Assembly: GCA_038058635.1 (NCBI GenBank)
Contig: JBBUAP010000001.1
Span: 94,157-158,156 of the forward strand
Direction of reading: 5' to 3'
Source of the DNA: Patescibacteria group bacterium
GTDB lineage: Bacteria > Patescibacteriota > UBA1384 > 2-12-FULL-50-11
DNA length: 64,000 nt
The notes under the pieces are model-generated. The model had not been told where the DNA came from. It saw only the letters and a list, made by a program, of their open reading frames with translations, and ran no database searches. Shown here piece by piece: positions 56,119-64,000 of this stretch (its first letter is position 1; every line of letters begins with the position of its first letter). Position numbers and translations under genes: made by a program.

Positions 56119-56147
56119 ACTATACCATATCAGCCCGAGAATGTCAA
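56119..56147 (-). promoter_or_regulatory. sigma70-type promoter
   Basis: TTGACA-17 nt-TATAGT with extended TG. Confidence 0.8.
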
Positions 56148-56398
56148 GAGTTTTAGACCCCTTTTTTAGCAATAATCCAGGCCTGTATGTAAATAGAAAG
56201 AGGAACTACCCGCTAACTTAGTTAGTCATATGTAGGCAGCTGGTCACTTTCTTTGCAGAAGATGTCTTAATTTACCTACCAGGTTAGTCGGGAGTGCTAA
56301 CAGGTTGGACCAAAAGCGCCAAAGGACTCGCCATTGAAACGTCCGCCCTAACCAAGAGACAGCCTGTAATTAAAGTGGTATATCTAATCCATAGTCTT

Positions 56399-56968
56399 AT
56401 GACCAAAGAAGAAGCACTGGTGGAAGTGGCCAAAAGGATCACTGCTTGCGAGCAGTGTAAATATGCGCCCAATCAGAATCCCGTACCTGGTGAGGGTAGT
56501 CCAGATGCCGAGATTATGTTTGTTGGCGAAGCGCCGGGTAAGAAGGAAAATGAGACTGGCCGGCCGTTTGTTGGCGCAGCGGGGAAATTCTTGAACGAGA
56601 TGCTTAATTCAATCGGCTTGGAGCGGGAGGATATTTTTATTGCCAATGTCATCAAGTACCAGCCGCCGGAAAATCGGGATCCGTTGCCAGAAGAAATTGC
56701 TCTTCAGCTGCCGTTTTTGAAAAAGCAGATCGCCATTATCAAACCAAAACTGATCTGCTTTTTAGGTCGTCACGCCCTGCACGCGCTTTTGCCCGATGAA
56801 ACCCGGCCAATCTCAGTACTTCACGGTCAACTGGTCAAAGATGATAACCAACACTATTTACCGCTCTACCATCCAGCCGCCGCGCTCTACAACGGCGGTA
56901 TGCGCCAAACTCTCCTCGACGACTTCGCCAAAATCCCTGGAATCATGGATCAGATTAGCTCAAATTGA
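56399..56968 (+). CDS. family 4 uracil-DNA glycosylase
   Basis: CxxC, VPGEG, FVGEAPG, GRPFVG.AG, PP.NR.P, YHPAA. Confidence 0.93.
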   Translation: MTKEEALVEVAKRITACEQCKYAPNQNPVPGEGSPDAEIMFVGEAPGKKENETGRPFVGAAGKFLNEMLNSIGLEREDIFIANVIKYQPPENRDPLPEEIALQLPFLKKQIAIIKPKLICFLGRHALHALLPDETRPISVLHGQLVKDDNQHYLPLYHPAAALYNGGMRQTLLDDFAKIPGIMDQISSN

Positions 56969-56993
56969 CTTTTGCAAGCGGGCTAGTTATAAT
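56965..56993 (+). promoter_or_regulatory. near-consensus sigma70 promoter for rnj
   Basis: TTGACT-17 nt-TATAAT. Confidence 0.8.
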
Positions 56994-57076
56994 ATATAAA
57001 CTAACTCGGGTTTCGCCAGTGGGCGAACCGACCTAAGTACTCCAATTAGAAACACATTTTTTAGAAAGGACTCATT

Positions 57077-59092
57077 TTGAATCAACCTAATTCCGGTGCT
57101 GATAGCAGCACCACTAATTCCCCAACGGTAGCTGGGGTTAATAAAGCTACCGACGGGATCGTTAATATCTCTGACGCCGGACAAGTGTTGGCGCCAAATC
57201 CCAAATCCAACCCACCTGCCGGCGGACAAACTTCCAGACCTAATAGACCAAGAGGGCCGCGAAGAGATTTTAAACCACGCAATCGTCCTGTCCAAAGTGC
57301 CGCAAGCGGCCAAGGCCGTCCGTTTCGTCGAGACAGCAAACCCTTTCGTCGTCCTAACAAAGCCGGCGAGAAATTTGGCCCAACTGGAGCGGCTGAAGGG
57401 GCACCGACCGCCAAAGTCATTGCTCGGGCAGCCAATAACACTCTAAGAATTATTCCTCTCGGCGGATCGGGCGAAACCGGCGACAAAAATATGCTGGTTT
57501 ACGAGTATAACAACGACATTCTCATTATTGATGCTGGGATTAAGTTTCCTGACGCCGATATGCCAGGGATCGATTATGTTATCTGTGACACGACCTACCT
57601 CGATCAGAATAAAGATCGGATTCGGGCCTTCGTAATTACTCACGGTCACGAAGATCATATCGGCGGTATGCCATATATTTACCCGAAGTTCCGCGTGCCG
57701 ATTTATACGGCGCCGTTAACAGCCGGCCTGATCAAATCCAAATTCGAAGAACACGGCATCGAAGGGGCTGATTTCCGAATTATCAAACCAAACGAACGGA
57801 TTCAAATCGGCGCCTTTGTCGTCGAGCCGGTCCGAATGACCCATTCAATCCCCGATATTCTGGGCTTGGCGATCACCACCCCAGTCGGCCTGATTTATCA
57901 CGCCACCGACTGGAAAATCGACTTTACCCCACCGTTTGGCGAGCCGACTGATTTTACCAAGCTGGCCGAATTGGCCAAACGCGGGGTCCTCTGCTTGCTG
58001 TCCGACTCGACTAATGTGATGGAGTCTGGCTACACGATGAGCGAACAGGTGGTTGGTCGAGCGCTGGAAGATATTTTTGTCAAAGCGCCGGGGCGAATCA
58101 TCGTTTCGAGTTTTGCCTCAAGAATTGATCGCATTCAGCATGTCGTCACTGCCTGCGCGGCTTCGGGTCGCAAGCTGGCTATATCTGGTCGATCGATGGA
58201 GAAAAACATTAACATCGCCATGGAGCTGGGCTACCTCAAAGTTCCGCAAGGGGTTCTGACTGATCTCCGAACTGTCGGCAACATTCCCGACCATAAGTTA
58301 GTGGTGATGTGTACTGGCTCACAAGGTGAAGAGTTCTCGGCGTTGGTCCGAATGGCCACCGGCGAGCACCGTCACATCAACATCAAAAAAGGCGATACGG
58401 TTGTCTTGTCGGCCTCTCAAGTGCCGGGTAATGAGAAGGCTGTCTCGGCCACCATCAATAATCTCTACCGCCTCGGCGCCGAAGTCATTACCAACAAAGA
58501 ATTAGACATTCACTCCTCTGGCCACGCCAATCGCGAAGAGATGAAACTGATGATCTCGCTACTCCAGCCCAAATACTTGATGCCTATTCACGGCGATTAT
58601 CGTAGTCTAGTCGAACACTGCAAACTAGCTCGCGGTCTCGGCATGAAAGAAGAGAATTGCTTAGTTGTCGAGAACGGTCAGATCGTTGAATTTGATGCTA
58701 ACGGCGGACGAATCTCCAAAGAGAGAGCGCCGGTCGGCTATGTCTTGATCGACGGTCTCGGTGTCGGTGATGTTGGCGAAGTGGTCTTGCGCGATCGTCA
58801 AACTATGGCGGCTGACGGCATCTTCTTGATTATTATGACCGTCGACGGTCAGAAGGGGACGCTCGTGACTAGCCCAGATATCATCTCCCGCGGCTTTGTC
58901 TATATGAAAGAATCGGAAGACCTAATCGCAAGTACCCGGACCCAGATTAAGAAATTCCACGAGGTTCACACCGGCCGAGGGACAATTAACTGGGAATTCT
59001 TCAAAAAAGCGATGCGCGACGACATTGGCGAGTTCTTATTCGAGAAAACGCAAAGACGACCGATGGTGATTCCGGTAGTGATTCAAGTTTAA
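57077..59092 (+). CDS. rnj: ribonuclease J with disordered Arg/Pro-rich N-terminal extension
   Basis: IPLGG..E, THGHEDHIG, HSIPD, TGSQGE, H.SGH, RRPMVIPV. Confidence 0.96.
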   Translation: MNQPNSGADSSTTNSPTVAGVNKATDGIVNISDAGQVLAPNPKSNPPAGGQTSRPNRPRGPRRDFKPRNRPVQSAASGQGRPFRRDSKPFRRPNKAGEKFGPTGAAEGAPTAKVIARAANNTLRIIPLGGSGETGDKNMLVYEYNNDILIIDAGIKFPDADMPGIDYVICDTTYLDQNKDRIRAFVITHGHEDHIGGMPYIYPKFRVPIYTAPLTAGLIKSKFEEHGIEGADFRIIKPNERIQIGAFVVEPVRMTHSIPDILGLAITTPVGLIYHATDWKIDFTPPFGEPTDFTKLAELAKRGVLCLLSDSTNVMESGYTMSEQVVGRALEDIFVKAPGRIIVSSFASRIDRIQHVVTACAASGRKLAISGRSMEKNINIAMELGYLKVPQGVLTDLRTVGNIPDHKLVVMCTGSQGEEFSALVRMATGEHRHINIKKGDTVVLSASQVPGNEKAVSATINNLYRLGAEVITNKELDIHSSGHANREEMKLMISLLQPKYLMPIHGDYRSLVEHCKLARGLGMKEENCLVVENGQIVEFDANGGRISKERAPVGYVLIDGLGVGDVGEVVLRDRQTMAADGIFLIIMTVDGQKGTLVTSPDIISRGFVYMKESEDLIASTRTQIKKFHEVHTGRGTINWEFFKKAMRDDIGEFLFEKTQRRPMVIPVVIQV

Positions 59093-59097
59093 TAAAA

Positions 59098-59262
59098 TTT
59101 GCGACCCTGCCGCCGCCTTGCCATAGCGAGGACCAGGGGGCTGATTTGCGAAGCCGCCCCCTAGCCCCTCGCGCTCCCTACCCCCGCCCGCTTCCCTACG
59201 GGGTATGGTGAAAAACCGCTCGCTGACCTGCTTTTGATGGGTCATGGCTCGCGGTTTTTCGA
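59098..59262. repeat. GC-rich palindromic intergenic elements
   Basis: AGGGGGC...GCCCCCT and GAAAAACCGC...GCGGTTTTTC stems. Confidence 0.45.
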
Positions 59263-59294
59263 TAATGTGGATAAAAGAAGCCCCGAGCGCGTGG

Positions 59295-59753
59295 TCATTG
59301 CTGACTTTGCGCTCGGGGCGTTGGGACGGGTCGGTCAAGGTTGCTGATTTGCTCTTGCGTGAGTTCGGTTTCTTTTCCTGTTTCTGGGTCGTGGTAGCCG
59401 AACATCGCTCCTGGTAGCTGTTGGCGTCGGTCGTTGATAACGACCTCAATGCCGTGAAACTTGCCGTAGCGTTCGACGACATTGCCGATAGCGTCGTTTT
59501 CGGATAGACCGCCGTAGCTGTGCGGCTCCGACCCGCTAGTCAGCGTTGCCTCCCAGTTGGCGTCACCACATCTTTTTGTGGCGTACTCGATGCCGAAATC
59601 TTTCCGAGACCGCGCAACTACATTGCCGATAGCGCTGCTTGAAGAGAGGCCGGAGCTAGTAGCCCTCATGGACCTAATTCCCGACTTCATTGTCATGACC
59701 GCTTCCCAGTTGGATGGACCAAATGGGGAGCTCTCAATCCTCACCCTTCTCAT
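59295..59753 (-). CDS. hypothetical protein with two tandem repeats
   Basis: GAGGTG SD; WEA..T...AIGNVV.R.....GIE twice. Confidence 0.65.
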   Translation of the reverse strand: MRRVRIESSPFGPSNWEAVMTMKSGIRSMRATSSGLSSSSAIGNVVARSRKDFGIEYATKRCGDANWEATLTSGSEPHSYGGLSENDAIGNVVERYGKFHGIEVVINDRRQQLPGAMFGYHDPETGKETELTQEQISNLDRPVPTPRAQSQQ

Positions 59754-59850
59754 AACTCACCTCGTAGGGAAAGGTTACCAGTTTAGTCACGGGAAATCAA
59801 TACTGTGGGGTGTAGCTAAACGGTCTCGGGGAATGTAGAGTGAAACTATC

Positions 59851-61890
59851 ATGGCAATATTTGGCCGGAAGCGACGGTATAGTAGTAGGCGACGCAAACG
59901 GGTACCAACGCTCAAAGATAATTTGGTTTGGGCGGTTGAGCCCGATACTGCCAGAGAGATTGCGGCGATTCTGCTGATACTTTTTGGCCTACTCTTTGGT
60001 TTGGGCTTATTTCGTTTAGCCGGTGATTTCGGCGAAACCTTTTTAGGGCTGTCTGATCGCCTCTTCGGCATACTCAAATATGTCGCCCCGTTTGTCTTAA
60101 TCTATATCGGCATCCGCCTGATGATGATGAAGTCTGATGTTCTTCGGGCAACTAGCATCGTTGGTGTCGTCCTCCTCTTTATACTGATTCCGGCGATGTT
60201 CGGCGCTAGCGGCGGCTCGATCGGCGAAGGAGTGATGGGGGTTTATCGCTCGATTTTAAGCAATGTCGGCGGGTTTATTGCCTTAATGGTCTCGATTCTA
60301 GTAGCTTTCATGCTGGCCTTTAGTATCTCGTTTGGCCAAATATGGGAAAAACTCAACCTAAGTAGCGCCAAACAAATCGGTGTTAAAATCAACCAAGCTC
60401 GGGTACCGGTCAAAACGATGCAGTCGGATCCCAACATGCCCGGCGTGCCGCTGGTGGCCGCCAATGGCGACTGGCAGTTCCCATCATTAGACCTGCTGGA
60501 ATATTCGGCGGCAACTAAAGCCGAGTCGGGTGACATCGGCAAGAATGTTGAAATCATCAAGAAAACTCTCAAGGATTTTGGTGTGGAGGTGGCAATGAGC
60601 GAGGTCAATATCGGCCCAACGCTGACCCAATACACCCTCAAGCCCTCAGAAGGCGTTAAACTAACCAACATCATCGCTCGTAATAGCGACATCGCCCTGG
60701 CTCTGGCCGCTCATCCAGTTCGAATCGAAGCGCCGATTCCTGGCAAGTCGCTGGTTGGTATCGAAGTACCAAACAAAGTAGCGGCGCTGGTCAGCTTACG
60801 GGAAGTGTTGGAGTCGCCCGGCTATAAAGAAGTTGATTCCAGTCTGGCCTTGGCGCTCGGTCGAGATGTCGCTGGTCATGTGGTCGTGGCGGACTTGAAA
60901 AAGATGCCCCACCTACTGATTGCTGGAGCGACCGGCTCAGGTAAATCCGTTTGTATGAATTCGGTTCTAATCAACTTGCTCTACCGCAACACCCCCCAAG
61001 ATCTGCGTCTACTCTTAATTGACCCGAAACGGGTTGAGTTCACCGAGTACAACGGTATTCCTCATCTGCTGACCTCAGTCATCACCGAAACCGACAAAAC
61101 TATTTCGGCTTTGCGTTGGGCGGTGGCGGAGATGGAGCGCCGATACCAATCGCTGGCGTCGCATAACCGTCGCAATATTGAAGCCTTCAACGACGCCATT
61201 CCCGCCGGCGAAACCAAAATACCTTACATCATTGTCGTCGTTGACGAATTAGCCGACCTGATGACCCAAGCCAGTAACGAAGTCGAGGCCTCAATTGTTC
61301 GTCTAGCCCAAATGGCGCGGGCGGTTGGCATTCACTTAATTGTCGCCACTCAACGCCCGTCGGTTGATGTTATCACTGGTTTGATTAAAGCCAATATTAC
61401 CAGTCGGGTGGCCTTTGCCGTCGCTTCGAACGCCGACTCCCGTACTATTTTAGACCAAGCCGGCGCCGATAAACTTCTGGGTCGTGGCGATATGCTATTC
61501 GTCAGCTCGGATCGGCCCCAACCGCGCCGAATTCAGGGCGTTTTCTTAAAGGATAAAGAGATTAAAACCGTCACCGATTTCTTGAAAGGACAAGCCCCAG
61601 CCGTTTACGACGAATCAATTACGACCTACCGACCGTCAATTAATGCGGGAGCACCAGGCGGCGGTGGCGCTCACGACGGCAGTGAGGACGATTTATATAA
61701 TGAAGCCCGTGAGCTGGCGATTCAGGCCGGCAAAGCCTCGGCCAGTTTGATGCAACGACGGCTGAAAGTCGGCTACGCCCGAGCCGCTCGCTTGCTTGAC
61801 TTACTCGAAGCCGAAGGCGTGATCGGTCCGGCCGACGGCGCCAAACCACGAGATGTCCTAGTTTCACCTGATGACTACTTAGGGCCATAG
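59851..61890 (+). CDS. ftsK: DNA translocase FtsK/SpoIIIE
   Basis: N-terminal TMs, PHLLIAGATGSGKS, VDELADLM, ATQRPSVDV, gamma domain QRRLKVGYARAARL. Confidence 0.97.
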   Translation: MAIFGRKRRYSSRRRKRVPTLKDNLVWAVEPDTAREIAAILLILFGLLFGLGLFRLAGDFGETFLGLSDRLFGILKYVAPFVLIYIGIRLMMMKSDVLRATSIVGVVLLFILIPAMFGASGGSIGEGVMGVYRSILSNVGGFIALMVSILVAFMLAFSISFGQIWEKLNLSSAKQIGVKINQARVPVKTMQSDPNMPGVPLVAANGDWQFPSLDLLEYSAATKAESGDIGKNVEIIKKTLKDFGVEVAMSEVNIGPTLTQYTLKPSEGVKLTNIIARNSDIALALAAHPVRIEAPIPGKSLVGIEVPNKVAALVSLREVLESPGYKEVDSSLALALGRDVAGHVVVADLKKMPHLLIAGATGSGKSVCMNSVLINLLYRNTPQDLRLLLIDPKRVEFTEYNGIPHLLTSVITETDKTISALRWAVAEMERRYQSLASHNRRNIEAFNDAIPAGETKIPYIIVVVDELADLMTQASNEVEASIVRLAQMARAVGIHLIVATQRPSVDVITGLIKANITSRVAFAVASNADSRTILDQAGADKLLGRGDMLFVSSDRPQPRRIQGVFLKDKEIKTVTDFLKGQAPAVYDESITTYRPSINAGAPGGGGAHDGSEDDLYNEARELAIQAGKASASLMQRRLKVGYARAARLLDLLEAEGVIGPADGAKPRDVLVSPDDYLGP

Positions 61891-61912
61891 AGCAGTTTTC
61901 AGTTTTCAAAAA

Positions 61913-62218
61913 ATGAAGGAATACAATAAGCTCGTTCGGGACAGGATACCGGAGATCATTGCTGCGAAAGGCGGGGAGTCGGAAACGCACATCGCTACCG
62001 ATGAGGAGTATCGCCAAAAAGCGATCGAGAAACTTCAGGAGGAGCTGGCCGAATTTCTAGAATCGAAAGATCCAGAGGAGCTGGCCGACTTACTTGAAAT
62101 TACCTACGCCGTCGCCGAGTCGTTAGGCGTGAGCAAAGACGAGCTCGAAGCGATGAGGTTGAAAAAAGCCAACGAACGAGGTGGTTTTGCCAAACGGGTC
62201 ATCTTGGAGCGTAGCTGA
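61913..62218 (+). CDS. MazG-like nucleoside triphosphate pyrophosphohydrolase
   Basis: YNKLVRDRIPEII, KLQEEL.EF, EELADLLE, K..ERGGF. Confidence 0.88.
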   Translation: MKEYNKLVRDRIPEIIAAKGGESETHIATDEEYRQKAIEKLQEELAEFLESKDPEELADLLEITYAVAESLGVSKDELEAMRLKKANERGGFAKRVILERS

Positions 62219-62346
62219 AAGACGAGCGTCAGCGACATTCTAGAACGAAGCTGACACATTAGCTCCCCACTAGTAGCGATGCGGCGCAACCGTCAAATCA
62301 TCCTGGCATTGATTTATGTCAAAAAAGACTTTACGGTGAATATTAC

Positions 62347-63057
62347 ATGAACGGTTTTGTCACCAAGAAAATTGGCAAGAACCGGACTCTTGGCAGTGCT
62401 CTGAAAACGGCTCGCTCGAAAGCGGAAATAACGCTCGAGCAAGCCGAAGCCGCCACCAAGATCCCCCAGAAATATTTGGATGCGCTCGAAACCGGTCAGT
62501 ATAATCGACTGCCAGCGGAAGCTTATAATCTGGGCTATGTCCGTTGTTACGCCGAGTACCTGAAACTTGATCCCGACAAAATTATCAGTAGCTACAAAGA
62601 GGAGCGGGCAGCCAAACGGCATCAGAATGATACTTCGACCCTCTTCAGTCCCAAAAAAGCCGGCGACTGGCAGTTTTTAATTACCCCAAAGCTATTGGGA
62701 ATCTTTGGCTTGGCCCTGCTTTTTGGCGGGATCGGCATGTATATCGCTAACGAACTGAATAAATTCACGGCTACCCCGATGCTCGAAATCACCTCTGTTC
62801 CGGCGGAATTCACCAGCGACAAAGATCAGATTACCCTTGAAGGCAAGACTAACAGTGGCGCCGTTTTAACCATCAACACCGAGCCAGTTTTCGTCAGCGC
62901 TGACGGGCGTTTCAGCCAGTCGGTCCAACTTAATTCGGGAGTAAACGAGATTGCTTTGCAGGCCAAAAACCGCGCCGAAAAAGTTGCTCTCAAGACTGTC
63001 AAGGTTCTCTTTAATCCAAACCTTGCCAAAATCACCTCACCTGCTACAAAAGAGTAA
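62347..63057 (+). CDS. RodZ-like HTH membrane protein with C-terminal Ig-like domain
   Basis: LG..LK.AR, YL.ALE.G.Y..LP, GYVR.YAEYL; one TM; DGRF...V.L..G.N.I. Confidence 0.8.
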   Translation: MNGFVTKKIGKNRTLGSALKTARSKAEITLEQAEAATKIPQKYLDALETGQYNRLPAEAYNLGYVRCYAEYLKLDPDKIISSYKEERAAKRHQNDTSTLFSPKKAGDWQFLITPKLLGIFGLALLFGGIGMYIANELNKFTATPMLEITSVPAEFTSDKDQITLEGKTNSGAVLTINTEPVFVSADGRFSQSVQLNSGVNEIALQAKNRAEKVALKTVKVLFNPNLAKITSPATKE

Positions 63058-64000
63058 TGGCTAAGGAAAAAAAAGTTGAATCTTCCGGTCGGGATGAGGC
63101 GTTGAAGGCGGCGCTCGGTCAGATCGAAAAACAATTCGGTGCCGGATCGATTATGATGATGGGTCAACAGACTCACCTCAATGTTGAATCAATTTCCAGC
63201 GGTTCTTTAGCGCTTGATGTGGCTTTAGGTGTTGGTGGTTTACCGCGTGGCCGAATCATTGAGATCTTTGGGCCAGAATCATCGGGTAAAACCTCTTTGG
63301 CTTTGTCAGCCATCGGCGCGGCTCAAAAACTCGGAGGTCTTGGCGCACTGGTTGACGCTGAACACGCTTTTGATCCATCTTACGCCACTAAACTTGGCGT
63401 TGATTTAGACCACTTACTAATTTCCCAGCCGGATACCGGCGAACAAGCGCTGGAGATTGTTGAAACCCTGGTGCGCTCCAACGCTGTTGATGTCATTGTT
63501 GTCGACTCAGTGGCTGCTTTAGTGCCACGTGCCGAGATCGAAGGCGAGATGGGCGACTCAATGATGGGTGTTCAAGCTCGCTTGATGAGCCAGGCCCTGC
63601 GAAAGCTGACGGGCGCAGTCTCCAAGTCAAAAACGGTCTTAATTTTCATCAACCAAATCCGGATGAAGATCGGCATCATGTTCGGCAACCCCGAAACCAC
63701 CCCCGGCGGTAATGCTTTAAAATTCTACTGTTCGATCCGTTTAGATATTCGCCGGAGCGAGCAGATTAAAGATGGCGATGTGCCTATCGGCAATCGCTGT
63801 CGGGTCAAGGTCGTTAAAAATAAGGTCGCTCCACCGTTCAGAATCGCCGAGTTTGACTTAATGTTTGATTCGGGTATATCTAAAGAAGGCGACCTGTTAG
63901 AGCTCGGTGTTAAGTCTGGTTTGGTTGATAAAATGGGTGCCTGGTTTCAATACGGTGAGCAAAAGCTTGGGCAGGGGCGGGAGGCTGCCAAAGCTTTTCT
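63057..64000 (+). CDS. recA: recombinase RecA (3'-truncated by window edge; not in the supplied ORF track)
   Basis: Translated by hand: [72 protein letters not shown]. Confidence 0.97.
   Translation, partial: MAKEKKVESSGRDEALKAALGQIEKQFGAGSIMMMGQQTHLNVESISSGSLALDVALGVGGLPRGRIIEIFGPESSGKTSLALSAIGAAQKLGGLGALVDAEHAFDPSYATKLGVDLDHLLISQPDTGEQALEIVETLVRSNAVDVIVVDSVAALVPRAEIEGEMGDSMMGVQARLMSQALRKLTGAVSKSKTVLIFINQIRMKIGIMFGNPETTPGGNALKFYCSIRLDIRRSEQIKDGDVPIGNRCRVKVVKNKVAPPFRIAEFDLMFDSGISKEGDLLELGVKSGLVDKMGAWFQYGEQKLGQGREAAKAF

Noticed and set aside
59266-59274. Perfect DnaA box TGTGGATAA
   Set aside because: Isolated 9-mer far from the box cluster; may be chance

Overview
Chromosomal origin region of a Patescibacteria (CPR)-type bacterium, inferred from gene content: arrays of VirB2/TrbC-like pilins, a VirB4/PrgI cluster, truncated ValRS, tRNA-Arg(GCG) and leaderless housekeeping genes. 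The window holds a dTDP-rhamnose operon (rfbABCD), four tRNAs (Ser GCT, CGA, TGA; Arg GCG), a PilB-like ATPase, four small pilins with a solute-binding protein, hsp20 and comF. The origin block is yidC-yidD-rnpA-rpmH / dnaA-oriC-dnaN-recF-dciA. Next to it is a ~15.6 kb relaxase-less type IV secretion-like cluster with three predicted peptidoglycan hydrolases and a HEXXH protein. The rest is housekeeping (valS, tsaD, femAB-like, murE, polA, holA, lepB, rpsT, DHH, rpsO, pnp, truD, udg, rnj, ftsK, recA) with single ORFan genes scattered among it. Top observations: (1) a 46-nt three-way-junction RNA leader with a compensatory base change is shared by two unrelated ORFan genes 51 kb apart; (2) a 1513-aa secretion-cluster protein has an M15-like peptidase domain apparently split by a ~1200-aa repeat-rich insertion; (3) a four-way-junction element with GGA-bearing arms sits inside the pilin array; (4) tRNA 5'-end repeat mini-arrays and palindromic elements inserted in frame into rnpA and comF. 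All calls come from reading the sequence; no database searches were run.
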